DNA of 64,000 nt from an uncultured Alphaproteobacteria bacterium. Its GTDB lineage: Bacteria > Pseudomonadota > Alphaproteobacteria > HIMB59. The stretch covers positions 3,132-67,131 of the forward strand of contig CABXXO010000002.1 of NCBI GenBank assembly GCA_902516235.1. Reading direction: 5' to 3'. Positions 41,223 to 51,074 of this stretch are shown in pieces. Both the position numbers and the translations under genes were made by a program. The notes under the pieces were generated by a model, which saw only the letters and a program-made list of their open reading frames with translations, was not told the DNA's origin and did no database searches. The first letter of the stretch is position 1; every line of letters starts with the position of its first letter.

Positions 41223-42494
41223 ATGAAAAGTCATAATTGGAAATCCAGCTATTTAAGTACCCTTCAATCTGAAATTGATAGGATTAAAGACGAAGGTCAT
41301 TACAGAGTATTTAACAATATTGAGAGAAAAGCTGGACAATTTCCTAAAGCCACAAGACACAGTGGCAATGGACAAACAGAAGAAATAGATGTTTGGTGCT
41401 CAAATGATTATTTAGGTATGAGTCAAAATAAAAATGTTATCTCTGCAATGCAATCTGCTGCAGAAAAGCTTGGCGCAGGCAGCGGAGGAACAAGAAATAT
41501 ATCAGGCACAACAAATTTTCATATACAGTTAGAAAAAGAAATTGCACTTTTACATAAAAAGGAGAGAGCTTTAGCATTTAACTCTGGATATAGTGCCAAT
41601 GAATCAGCTCTTAAGTCAATTATCTCAGCTTTTGATAATTGTTTAGTTTTAAGTGATGAACTCAATCACGCTTCACTTATAGAGGGTATTCGAACTAGTA
41701 AAAAAGAAAAAGCAATTTATAGACATAACGATGTAAAACACCTTAAAGATATTTTGAAAGGTGTTGATTTTGTGCGACCTAAAATTATTGTTTTAGAATC
41801 TGTCTACTCTATGGAAGCTGATTTTGCACCACTAGAAGATATCATTCAAGTTGCTCAAGATAATGGAGCACTAATTTATTTGGATGAAGTCCATGCTGTG
41901 GGTTTATACGGTCCCAATGCAGCAGGTGTTGCTGATCAAAGAGGCTTAGCCGAACATATTGATATAATCAATGGTACCTTAGCAAAGGCTTTTGGGCTAG
42001 CAGGCGGATATATAGCTTCGACAGAGACCATAATTGATTTTGTCAGAAGTTTCTCAAAAGGTTTTATTTTTACAACTTCTATGTGCCCTGCAGTTGCTGC
42101 TGGAAGTTTAGAAAGCATTAGACAAGTAAAGAAAAGTAATGAAATTCGATCTACATTTTTTGAGAACGTTGATTTCGTTAAAAAAGAGCTTCGCTCTGCA
42201 GGAATACCTTTTTTAGACTCAGGTTCTCATATAATTCCAGTCTTAATTGGAGATAGTAAATTGTGTAAAAAAATTAGTGATTTTCTTTTAAACGAGCACC
42301 AAGTTTATGTTCAGCCAATAAATTATCCTACTGTTCCAAAAGGAACTGAAAGAATTCGAATAACTCCAACTCCATGCCACGATCAAGAGTCAACAGATAA
42401 ATTTGTGGATGCCCTAAAAGATGCTTGGTTCAAATTTATGCCTCAGTTATCAAAATTTGAAAATCAATTTACCAATAAATTCAAAGCTATTTAA
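41223..42494 (+). CDS. hemA: 5-aminolevulinate synthase (C4/Shemin pathway)
   Basis: WCSNDYLGM, GGTRNISGT, DEVHAVGLYG, GTLAKAFG, INYPTV. Confidence 0.96.
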   Translation: MKSHNWKSSYLSTLQSEIDRIKDEGHYRVFNNIERKAGQFPKATRHSGNGQTEEIDVWCSNDYLGMSQNKNVISAMQSAAEKLGAGSGGTRNISGTTNFHIQLEKEIALLHKKERALAFNSGYSANESALKSIISAFDNCLVLSDELNHASLIEGIRTSKKEKAIYRHNDVKHLKDILKGVDFVRPKIIVLESVYSMEADFAPLEDIIQVAQDNGALIYLDEVHAVGLYGPNAAGVADQRGLAEHIDIINGTLAKAFGLAGGYIASTETIIDFVRSFSKGFIFTTSMCPAVAAGSLESIRQVKKSNEIRSTFFENVDFVKKELRSAGIPFLDSGSHIIPVLIGDSKLCKKISDFLLNEHQVYVQPINYPTVPKGTERIRITPTPCHDQESTDKFVDALKDAWFKFMPQLSKFENQFTNKFKAI

Positions 42495-42538
42495 ACACCT
42501 TATTTGATCGTTCGTTATATTTGTTATAAAACATAATA

Positions 42539-43402
42539 ATGCGAGTCATAGCGTTCTATAGCTTTTTTGGTATTTCTGATCCTGAAAAATTAAAAGAAGA
42601 AATAAATTTATTTTTCCTCTTAAAAAAAATTAAAGGATCAATTCTTGTTAGCAAAGAGGGGCTTAATGGAACAATTACTGTTTCACCAGAAAAAGAAAAA
42701 AATACAATTAATTATTTAATCTCATTGGGAGTTTTAAATGAAAATATCAAAATATCTAATTTTAGTGGTCACCAAATATTTAAGGAATTTAAGATAAAAC
42801 TTAAAAATGAAATTGTCACTTCTGATTTTGGATTAAAAATCTCTGAGATTAAAAAAAGTAAATTTATACAACCAAATGATTGGGATAAATTTATTTATAA
42901 AAAAGATGTAAAAATTGTTGATACAAGAAATGACTATGAATTTAAAATTGGACATTTTAAAAATGCTATAAATCCAAAAATCGACACATTTAAAGAGTTT
43001 AATGAATATATAAAAAAAAATAAGGACCAATTTAAAGATAAAAAAGTAGCGATCTATTGTACAGGCGGGATCAGATGTGAAAAAGCTGGCCCCTTAATGA
43101 AAAGATACGGAATAGATACATACCAACTTAAAGGTGGTATTTTAAAATATTTTGAACAAACTACTTCAAAATTATGGAATGGAGAATGTTTTGTTTTTGA
43201 TTATAGAGTTTCATTAAACAAAGAACTTTCAAAAGGAATAAGTAAGCTTTGTTATGGCTGTAATATGCCCTTGACAATTAAAGAGACAAAATCTCCAAAA
43301 TATGAAAAAGGATTTTCTTGCCCTATTTGTTTTGACAATATGACAGATAAAAAGAGACGATCTCTTAAAGACAAGCGAGAACATTGGAAAAAAGTCTTTT
43401 AA
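42539..43402 (+). CDS. trhO: tRNA uridine(34) hydroxylase TrhO (UPF0176 rhodanese)
   Basis: EGLNGT, DTRNDYE, YCTGGIRCEKA, LKGGILKY, WNGECFVFD. Confidence 0.9.
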   Translation: MRVIAFYSFFGISDPEKLKEEINLFFLLKKIKGSILVSKEGLNGTITVSPEKEKNTINYLISLGVLNENIKISNFSGHQIFKEFKIKLKNEIVTSDFGLKISEIKKSKFIQPNDWDKFIYKKDVKIVDTRNDYEFKIGHFKNAINPKIDTFKEFNEYIKKNKDQFKDKKVAIYCTGGIRCEKAGPLMKRYGIDTYQLKGGILKYFEQTTSKLWNGECFVFDYRVSLNKELSKGISKLCYGCNMPLTIKETKSPKYEKGFSCPICFDNMTDKKRRSLKDKREHWKKVF

Positions 43403-43419
43403 TTTTCCTAATATCAATC

Positions 43420-43453
43420 TTGACCAAATTTAAAATTAGTTTATTTTACGCCA
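43420..43453 (+). promoter_or_regulatory. sigma70-type promoter giving a leaderless rpmG transcript
   Basis: TTGACC-N16-TATTTT-N6-ATG, no SD. Confidence 0.55.
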
Positions 43454-43648
43454 ATGGCCAAAAAGTCCACTTATCAGTTAAAACAGTTAATACCTGAAGA
43501 AAAACCAGAAACTGGCACGAAATATATTGTACGTAAGCCTACTAAGGGTTTAAAGGTATCTGACAAACTTCGTCAAAGGAAGTATGACCCTATCTTGAAA
43601 CAACACGTTTGGTTTGTTGAAAAGAAAATGCCTCCTCATAGTAAATAA
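43454..43648 (+). CDS. rpmG: 50S ribosomal protein L33 (divergent, Cys-free)
   Basis: MAKK start, TG, KLR.RKYDP...HV.FVE.K. Confidence 0.85.
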   Translation: MAKKSTYQLKQLIPEEKPETGTKYIVRKPTKGLKVSDKLRQRKYDPILKQHVWFVEKKMPPHSK

Positions 43649-43666
43649 TTTTGTTATTCTCTAACT

Positions 43667-45073
43667 ATCGAACATAAAACGTTATACTGGCTGAGAAGAG
43701 ACTTTAGGATCATAGACAATCCATGCCTTGAATTTATTTCAAACCAAAAATCTGAAGCCCTTCTTGTATATATATATGATGACATAGAAAAAAAAGCTAC
43801 TGGAGATGCTGGACACTGGTGGCTTCAAAAAACTCTTAGATTACATTCAAAAAAATTAGAGCAGATTTTTAATGTAAAGTTAATAATACTTAAGGGAGAG
43901 GCAAAAAAAAATATCTCTGATTTAGTTAATAAATATAAAATTACATCTTTAATATGGAATAGGCTTTATTCTAAGCAATCTATTAGACGAGATACTGAAA
44001 TAAAAAAATTTTTTAAAGATAGTAGTATCCAAGTTGATACATTTAATTCACATTTATTAAATGAGCCTTGGGAAGTGCAAAATAATTCAGGACAATATTT
44101 TAAAGTTTTTACACCTTACTGGAGAGCAGCTTATAAAGTTTATTTAAATAAGAGATTTAGTTATAAAAAAAAAATATCTATAAAACCCTTAAGACACAAT
44201 CAAAATACTGATCTTAACTTTTTTGATGATAAAAATTGTTACGATAAATTTGATAAGCATTGGAGTCCAGGAGAAGACGCAGCATTAAAAAAAATTGATA
44301 CTTACATCTCATCCAATATTGATAAATATGAGGTTAATAGAAATAGACCAGACTTTGATCAAACTTCAAGAATATCACCTCATTTAAGATTTGGAGAAAT
44401 TTCTCCACGCTTAATAATTGAAAAAATCCAAGACTCAAAAAAAATTAATAATTCAGTTAATACATATCTTTCAGAGATTGGATGGAGAGAGTTCTCTTAT
44501 TCTTTATTATATTACTCGGAAGATTTATCCAATAAACCCATAAATCCAAAATTTAAAAAATTTCCATGGAGAAATAGTAAAAAAGATTTTACTCTCTGGA
44601 CTAAGGGGGAAACAGGCATCCCACTAGTCGACGCTGCGATGAAACAAATCTATGAAGAAGGGTGGATGCACAATAGATTGAGGATGGTTGTTGGAAGCTT
44701 TTTAGTTAAAAATTTATTGTTAAATTGGACATTAGGTGAAAATTACTTTCATAAAAGTTTATTAGACTATGATGAGGCAAGTAATGCTGCTGGATGGCAA
44801 TGGATTGCAGGTTGTGGGGCAGATGCATCTCCATATTTTCGAGTTTTTAACCCAGTGCTACAATCTGAAAAGTTTGATCCTCAAGCCCATTATATTCTCA
44901 AATATATTCCTCAATTAAAAATTTTTAATTCTACAAAATTAATATTTGAGCCGTATTTAGACAAAAATTTGTTAAAAAATTTAATCAAAGACAAAAAATA
45001 TTTTAACCCAATTGTAGATCTTAAAGACTCTCGAAACAGAGCTCTTGAGGCTTACCAACAAACCAAATCATAA
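43667..45073 (+). CDS. phrB: Deoxyribodipyrimidine photolyase (468 aa from a non-canonical ATC start)
   Basis: The frame is open upstream of the ORF-track GTG 44075 and encodes LYWLRRDFRIIDNP. C-terminal part has TSRISPHLRFGEIS, WREF, MHNRLRM, GWQW. Confidence 0.9.
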   Translation: MEHKTLYWLRRDFRIIDNPCLEFISNQKSEALLVYIYDDIEKKATGDAGHWWLQKTLRLHSKKLEQIFNVKLIILKGEAKKNISDLVNKYKITSLIWNRLYSKQSIRRDTEIKKFFKDSSIQVDTFNSHLLNEPWEVQNNSGQYFKVFTPYWRAAYKVYLNKRFSYKKKISIKPLRHNQNTDLNFFDDKNCYDKFDKHWSPGEDAALKKIDTYISSNIDKYEVNRNRPDFDQTSRISPHLRFGEISPRLIIEKIQDSKKINNSVNTYLSEIGWREFSYSLLYYSEDLSNKPINPKFKKFPWRNSKKDFTLWTKGETGIPLVDAAMKQIYEEGWMHNRLRMVVGSFLVKNLLLNWTLGENYFHKSLLDYDEASNAAGWQWIAGCGADASPYFRVFNPVLQSEKFDPQAHYILKYIPQLKIFNSTKLIFEPYLDKNLLKNLIKDKKYFNPIVDLKDSRNRALEAYQQTKS

Positions 45074-45074
45074 A

Positions 45075-46340
45075 TTGAAACAAAAAGTTGCTATAATTGG
45101 ATCTGGTATAGCAGGGCTATCATCAGCATATTTTTTACAAGATAGGTTTGATGTTACACTTTTCGAAAAAAATGATTATTTAGGTGGTCACGCTAATACA
45201 AGAGAGGTTAAAGATAACTTAGGAAATATTGTCCCTATTGATACAGGTTTTATTGTCTATAACGAGTTAACATATCCAAATTTAACTAAATTTTTTGATT
45301 GTCTAAATGTCGAAACAGAAAATAGCAACATGTCCTTTAGTTTCTTTAATGAGGAAAGAAATTTTGAATATGGAGGGGGAAGCTTAAGCGCATTATTTGC
45401 AGACTCTAAAAATTTTTATAATCTAAGATTTTATAAAATGTTAAAAGACATAATAATTTTTTATAAAACATTTCAAAAGAAAAATATAGTTTCAGATACT
45501 TCTATTAGAAATTTTCTAGAAACAAAAAATTACTCTGATGAATTTATTAATTTCCATTTAATTCCTTTAATTTCAAGTATTTGGTCTACTCCTGATCACG
45601 ACTCTCTTAATCAACCATTAAAAAGTATTATAAATTTTTTTCAAAATCACAAACTATTTAATTTTACTAATAGACCACAATGGAAGACTATAAAAAATGG
45701 ATCCAAACAATATATTAAATCTCTTATTAGATCTTCAAAATTTAGTATAAAGAAATCTTGTAGGATTCAAAAAATCTTAAGGACTGATAACGTTGAAATT
45801 TTCTTTGAAGGAAAAAAATCAGTTTTTGATATAGTAATATTTGCTTGTCCTCCAAATCATTTTTTTCCTCTTTTAGATAAAATTGATCAAAAAGAGTATG
45901 AGATACTGAAAGAATTTAATTTCCAAAAAAATTTAGCCCAATTACATCAGAATACTTCCTTAATGCCTAATCATTTAAAAGCCTGGTCAAGCTGGAATTT
46001 TCATACCAATATGAATAATAAATGCACACTTAGTTATTGGATGAATAAATTACAACCACTTAATACAGAAGATAATTTTTTTGTTTCATTAAATCAGGGG
46101 CAAAAAGACAATCATTATCAAACACTTTATGAACATCCAATATTTTCACAAAAAACTTTAAATGCTCAAAAAAATATTTCACATATACAAGGTCATGATA
46201 AATCATTCTATGTTGGTAGCTATCTTGGTTATGGTTTTCACGAAGATGGTATTCAATCGGCTATAAAAGTTTGTAATAAGTTAGGTATTGATTTAAAGGG
46301 ATTTAATAATGCTGATACATCAAGAGTACAGTGGAGTTAG
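45075..46340 (+). CDS. FAD-dependent oxidoreductase (UfaD/RSP1091-like)
   Basis: IIGSGIAG, LGGHA, DTGFIVYN..TYP, WSSWN, Y.HP, GFHEDG. Likely TTG start at 45075 (ORF track gives 45045). Confidence 0.85.
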   Translation: MKQKVAIIGSGIAGLSSAYFLQDRFDVTLFEKNDYLGGHANTREVKDNLGNIVPIDTGFIVYNELTYPNLTKFFDCLNVETENSNMSFSFFNEERNFEYGGGSLSALFADSKNFYNLRFYKMLKDIIIFYKTFQKKNIVSDTSIRNFLETKNYSDEFINFHLIPLISSIWSTPDHDSLNQPLKSIINFFQNHKLFNFTNRPQWKTIKNGSKQYIKSLIRSSKFSIKKSCRIQKILRTDNVEIFFEGKKSVFDIVIFACPPNHFFPLLDKIDQKEYEILKEFNFQKNLAQLHQNTSLMPNHLKAWSSWNFHTNMNNKCTLSYWMNKLQPLNTEDNFFVSLNQGQKDNHYQTLYEHPIFSQKTLNAQKNISHIQGHDKSFYVGSYLGYGFHEDGIQSAIKVCNKLGIDLKGFNNADTSRVQWS

Positions 46341-47083
46341 TTTCTTCTCATAGTCTTGGAATAGGTAAAATTGTTCATAAAAGAACAAGAGATACTAAAA
46401 ACTTTTTCCAATACAGTGCACCTTACTTAAGTATAAATCTTAGTGATACTGCAAATATACACCCTTTCATTTCGCTCAATAAATTAAATTTTTTTTCTAT
46501 ATTTTACAAACGACATGGATTTAGAGATAAAAAAAAGAATTTGTACGATTTTGCAAAAAACATTGCAGACAAACACAATATTATATTTAATAATGTACAA
46601 TTTATATGTATTCCTTCAATAATCGGTTATTCTTTTAACCCAATTAGCTTTTATTTATATCTTGATGATCAAAACAAAGTGAAATCAATTATCTATGAAG
46701 TAAAAAATACCTTTGGAGATCAGGTCCATTACTTAACTTTAGATAAATTTAAAGATAAAGAATTTAAAAAAAATATGTATGTATCACCTTTCATTGAGAT
46801 GGACTGTGTTTATAAAATTTCATCAAAAAATAAATCTAAAAACCATTTTTTTTGCAATATTAATCAATTTAATCTTAAAAATGAGCAAATATTTTATGCT
46901 TCAATTGATCTAAATCTAAAAGAAATAACGTTTTTAAATTGTATATTATTTTTTATTTTAAATATTTTTGGGAGTATAAAAACGATCACCTTAATTCATT
47001 ATCAAGCCATTAAGCTTTTACTTAAAAAAAGTAAATTCTTTAAATATTCCAATAGAATAAAAGATAATCTATACTTAGATTAG
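46331..47083 (+). CDS. DUF1365 family protein (UfaO/RSP1090-like)
   Basis: H.R, FNPISFY, EVKNTFG, VSPF, IHYQAIKL. Confidence 0.88.
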   Translation: MELVSSHSLGIGKIVHKRTRDTKNFFQYSAPYLSINLSDTANIHPFISLNKLNFFSIFYKRHGFRDKKKNLYDFAKNIADKHNIIFNNVQFICIPSIIGYSFNPISFYLYLDDQNKVKSIIYEVKNTFGDQVHYLTLDKFKDKEFKKNMYVSPFIEMDCVYKISSKNKSKNHFFCNINQFNLKNEQIFYASIDLNLKEITFLNCILFFILNIFGSIKTITLIHYQAIKLLLKKSKFFKYSNRIKDNLYLD

Positions 47084-47099
47084 AAAAGATTAGTGAAAA

Positions 47100-48269
47100 T
47101 TGTTAATTGATAAATATATACATAAAGTTTGCTCCAAAATAAGACATGGATCCTTGAGCTTGGACGTAAAGGGAAAACCTTATGAATTTAAGGGAGATTT
47201 AGAGGGTCCCTCAGTGCATTTAACAATTAAAAGTCTTTCCATGATATGGGATTTATATTTTCGCGGATCTGTTGGACTTGGAGATGCTTATATAAAAAAA
47301 AAATTTGAAGCAGATGATTTAAGTAAATTTTTGGAATTTGGAGCTTTAAATGAAAATGCTTTTGGAGGTGAAATGAGTGGATCTAAATTTTATAGATTCT
47401 TATCTAAAAAATATATGAATAAAACAAAAAACTCTTTATTTCAAAGTAAAAAAAACATTCACGCTCATTATGACCTTGGTAATGATTTTTACTTGGAGTG
47501 GTTAGACGACTCTTTAACATATTCCTCAGGTTTTTTTAAAACAGGTTCTGAAACATTATCCGAAGCACAAAAAAATAAATTTGAAAGTCTTATAAAAGGC
47601 AATGAGCCCAAACCCGGTGATTATGTTTTAGAAATAGGATCTGGTTGGGGAAGTTTTGCTTTTTATCTTATTTCAAAGTATCCAGATATAAAAATTGATA
47701 CTTTAACTATTTCAAAAGAACAATACGAATTTGTTAATTCAAAAATTAAAGAACACCATTTACAAGATAAGTTAAATGTCATTTATAAAGATTACAGAGA
47801 GCATAAGGGGAAATATTCAAGAATATATTCCATCGAGATGTTTGAGGCAGTTGGAATTCAATATTGGCAAACTTATTTTGAAAAAGTAAAAAATTTATTA
47901 AAACCCTCAGGAGTATTTTCAATGCAAACTATAGTAATTTTTGAGGATTTATTTGATAGATACACACAAAAAATTGATTTTATTCAGAAATATATATTTC
48001 CTGGTGGAATGTTGCCTTCAGTGAAAGCTCTTGAGAAAATAGCCACTCAAAAAAAATTCAATTTTCAAATAAAAAATCAAATGGCTGATAGTTATTATCA
48101 AACTTTGGAGATGTGGAGGAATAACTTTAACCACAAGTGGTATAAAATTAAAAACTTAGGTTATTCTGAGGATTTTAAAAGAATGTGGAATTTTTATTTA
48201 TCATATTGTTCAGGAGGTTTTAAGGCAAAAACAATTGATGTGTATCAAATAGATTTTACAAATAAGTGA
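47100..48269 (+). CDS. Cyclopropane-fatty-acyl-phospholipid synthase family methyltransferase (UfaM/CfaS-like)
   Basis: NIHAHYDLGNDFY, LEIGSGWG, SIEMFEAVG, YIFPGG, YLSYC. Confidence 0.92.
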   Translation: MLIDKYIHKVCSKIRHGSLSLDVKGKPYEFKGDLEGPSVHLTIKSLSMIWDLYFRGSVGLGDAYIKKKFEADDLSKFLEFGALNENAFGGEMSGSKFYRFLSKKYMNKTKNSLFQSKKNIHAHYDLGNDFYLEWLDDSLTYSSGFFKTGSETLSEAQKNKFESLIKGNEPKPGDYVLEIGSGWGSFAFYLISKYPDIKIDTLTISKEQYEFVNSKIKEHHLQDKLNVIYKDYREHKGKYSRIYSIEMFEAVGIQYWQTYFEKVKNLLKPSGVFSMQTIVIFEDLFDRYTQKIDFIQKYIFPGGMLPSVKALEKIATQKKFNFQIKNQMADSYYQTLEMWRNNFNHKWYKIKNLGYSEDFKRMWNFYLSYCSGGFKAKTIDVYQIDFTNK

Positions 48270-48320
48270 AATACTATTGATTAACATCTACTTAGATAAA
48301 AGAGCGTACTGAATGGGTGT

Positions 48321-48845
48321 ATGAGAAATGTATTAATAGCGAGTATTTTATTAATATTTCTTGGCGGATGTGATAATATGAAACTTGAAAATTTTGCGGA
48401 TAAGCAACCCACTCTCAAAATAGAAGAATACTTTTTAGGTAAAACAACAGCAAGTGGCCTTTTCATTGATAGGCTTGGCAAGGTACGACGACAATTTACT
48501 GTTGAAATGGAGGGTATCCAACAAAAAAATAGCTTTATACTTAATGAGACATTTCTTTATGATGATGGTGAAGAAGAATTTAGAAGATGGGAAATTAAAA
48601 AAACTGGTGAAAAAACCTATGAGGGTACCTCTGAAGATATTAAAGGTATTGCACTTGGTGAGAGATCCGGTAATGCATTAAATTGGCATTATACTTTAAA
48701 GCTTAAGTATGGGGATGGCATAATGAACGTCAAGTTTGATGATTGGATGATCATGCAAGATGAAAAAAATGTTTTCAATAAAGCCACAATGAAAAAATTT
48801 GGGATCAGGTTGGGTGACGTTTATTTATTTTTTACTAAACATTAG
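48321..48845 (+). CDS. DUF3833 family lipoprotein
   Basis: Lipobox LGGC; YF.G, F.YDDG, FDDWM, KFG motifs. Confidence 0.85.
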   Translation: MRNVLIASILLIFLGGCDNMKLENFADKQPTLKIEEYFLGKTTASGLFIDRLGKVRRQFTVEMEGIQQKNSFILNETFLYDDGEEEFRRWEIKKTGEKTYEGTSEDIKGIALGERSGNALNWHYTLKLKYGDGIMNVKFDDWMIMQDEKNVFNKATMKKFGIRLGDVYLFFTKH

Positions 48846-49419
48846 TAGAATGTAATTTTTCAGCTTTTTCTTTTGCTTTTCTTTCACGCTCAGCTTTACG
48901 CTGACCTTTCTCAACTAAAGACTCTAGATCTTCGTATGTACACAGTCCAAGATCAGTAGGGTTTCTAAATTCTGTAATTGGTTGAGATTGGTTACCAGCT
49001 CTTATATTAGCAACTGTTGGTTTAGTGGAACTTGTAAGTTTAGCAATTTGGGTATCAGTTAATATTTTACCATACTCTCGAATTAGCCAAGCAATAGCCT
49101 TAGGTCTTTCTTGTCTAACTGATAACGGAAGATATTTTTTTGTTTTGACACTAAATTGAATTGATTCAGACTTTTTATTTTGCAATTGTAACTCTTGCAT
49201 GTGATCAACCTCACATCGTTTGATTTCATCCATCGTAAGTTGACCACTTGCAATAGGATTTAATCCTTGCATACGGTATGCATCTTCACCATCTGCAATA
49301 CTTTGAACTTCTAGTTCGTGAAGCTGACAAAATTGCGATATTTGAGGAAAACTTAAAGCTGTGTTGTCTACTAACCAAACGGCTGTTGCAAGGGGCATTA
49401 AGGGTTTGTTATCAGACAT
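48835..49419 (-). CDS. trcR: DUF1013 protein (cell-cycle transcriptional regulator TrcR family)
   Basis: PLMP.ATAVWLVDNT.L, FC.LHELEV..IADG, RP.AIAWL, LGLC. Confidence 0.88.
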   Translation of the reverse strand: MSDNKPLMPLATAVWLVDNTALSFPQISQFCQLHELEVQSIADGEDAYRMQGLNPIASGQLTMDEIKRCEVDHMQELQLQNKKSESIQFSVKTKKYLPLSVRQERPKAIAWLIREYGKILTDTQIAKLTSSTKPTVANIRAGNQSQPITEFRNPTDLGLCTYEDLESLVEKGQRKAERERKAKEKAEKLHSTNV

Positions 49420-49437
49420 AATTTTTAATTTTTAGTT

Positions 49438-49659
49438 TTATATATTAAATGACTTATATTTATTTTTAAAACGTGCAACTCTTCCACCAGAGTCTACCAT
49501 TTTACCAGATCCTTGATTCCATGCTGGGTGAGATAGAGGATCAATTTCAAGCTTCATTGTATCGCCTGCTTTTCCCCAAGTGGATCTAGTCTTGTAAGTA
49601 GAGCCGTCAGTGCGCTCCACAGTTATCTCATGATAATCAGGGTGTATTTTTTGCTTCAT
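49438..49659 (-). CDS. rpmE: 50S ribosomal protein L31
   Basis: MK..IHPDYH, TRST, HPAW, GGRVARF. Confidence 0.97.
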   Translation of the reverse strand: MKQKIHPDYHEITVERTDGSTYKTRSTWGKAGDTMKLEIDPLSHPAWNQGSGKMVDSGGRVARFKNKYKSFNI

Positions 49660-49705
49660 GATTTAGAGAAAATAGAGATCAAAGATTAAAAAATCAAGTA
49701 AATAT

Positions 49706-50500
49706 TTATAAATTTTTCAGTAATTCACCACTGATAGCAGCACTTGAGGCTATTAAACTCTCATCTTTTAAAGGGTTAAAATCATTTCCTTTTTCATTTA
49801 AGCAAATCCCACCGGCCTCTCTTACTAAAATAATACCTGCTACAATATCCCAGAGATTTAGTCTTAATGACCAAAAGCCATCAAATTTTCCTGATGCAAC
49901 ATTAGCTAAATCTAGTGCTGATGAACCCAATAACCTGACACTTGTTTTTCTTTGAAGGGCTCCTATTTGTGCAATTCCTTTTTCAAGAATATCTTGGTGC
50001 TTAATTTGAACACCAGATGTAAACATGCATCCATCTAATTTATCTCTTTGAGAAACTCTTAGTCTTTGATTATTAATCCAAGAACCAGAACCTTTATGAG
50101 CCCAATATAATTCGTTTAAAATTGGGTTGTATGTAACACCAGCAATAATTTCTCCTTTTTGCATCAAACCAATAGTCACTGCAAAGTATCCATTGCCATG
50201 TATAAAATTTTTTGTACCATCGAGTGGGTCTGTAATAAATATTGGAGTGCTACCATTAAGTTTTTCTAAATCCTCAGAACTGAAAGTCTCCTCATCTATT
50301 TGAAGAAAATCGGGTCTATCTTTTCCCAAATTATAACTTATTGTTTCAGAAGCCTTAATATCTGCTGAGGATACAAAGTCATTTTTATCTTTTTTAGAAA
50401 TTTGAAGTTTTTCAAGTTCACCAAAATCTCTAATCAAAGACTTGGCAGCACTTCTACATGCTTTTTCCATAACAACAATTACTGGAGGGACAATAGACAT
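49706..50500 (-). CDS. suhB: Inositol monophosphatase family protein
   Basis: RDFGE, DPLDGTKNF, GSSALDL, WDIVAG, EAGG. Confidence 0.92.
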   Translation of the reverse strand: MSIVPPVIVVMEKACRSAAKSLIRDFGELEKLQISKKDKNDFVSSADIKASETISYNLGKDRPDFLQIDEETFSSEDLEKLNGSTPIFITDPLDGTKNFIHGNGYFAVTIGLMQKGEIIAGVTYNPILNELYWAHKGSGSWINNQRLRVSQRDKLDGCMFTSGVQIKHQDILEKGIAQIGALQRKTSVRLLGSSALDLANVASGKFDGFWSLRLNLWDIVAGIILVREAGGICLNEKGNDFNPLKDESLIASSAAISGELLKNL

Positions 50501-50507
50501 AGAAAAT

Positions 50508-51074
50508 TTATTTTGCTTTTTCTATATAAGATAATTCGCTTGTATTTATTCTAATTTTTTCACCTGTTTCGACGTGGGGAGGAACAGTAACTCTTACACC
50601 ATTAGTTAGTAAAGCAGGTTTATAAGAAGAGGACGCAGTTTGTCCTTTAACAACAGCTTCTGTTTCGGCAATTTGCACCACAATACTTTCAGGAGGATTA
50701 ACATTCATTGGTTTTTCATCATAAAACTCAATAGAGACTTCCATTCCATCTTCAAGAAATTTAGCTGTATTTTCATTAACCTGAGTAATATTCATAATTA
50801 TCTGTTCGTAAGTCTGGTTGTTCATAAATGTAAAATCTTCTCCACTACGAAATAAAAATTGATGATTTATCTCTTCAGCTCGAATTTTTTCTAGAGACTC
50901 TGAACTTCTAAATCTCTCATTTAATTTTGACTGATTTGAAATATTTTTAAGTTCTGCCTGAATATAAGCACCACCTTTACCAGGTTGTGTATGGGAGAGT
51001 TTAGCAACCTTCCACAAAGATTTATTATGTTGGATTATATTTCCAATCTTTAAATCGTTAGCATTGATTTTCAT
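50508..51074 (-). CDS. efp: Elongation factor P
   Basis: PGKGGA loop, KGQTA..SYKPA. Confidence 0.98.
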   Translation of the reverse strand: MKINANDLKIGNIIQHNKSLWKVAKLSHTQPGKGGAYIQAELKNISNQSKLNERFRSSESLEKIRAEEINHQFLFRSGEDFTFMNNQTYEQIIMNITQVNENTAKFLEDGMEVSIEFYDEKPMNVNPPESIVVQIAETEAVVKGQTASSSYKPALLTNGVRVTVPPHVETGEKIRINTSELSYIEKAK

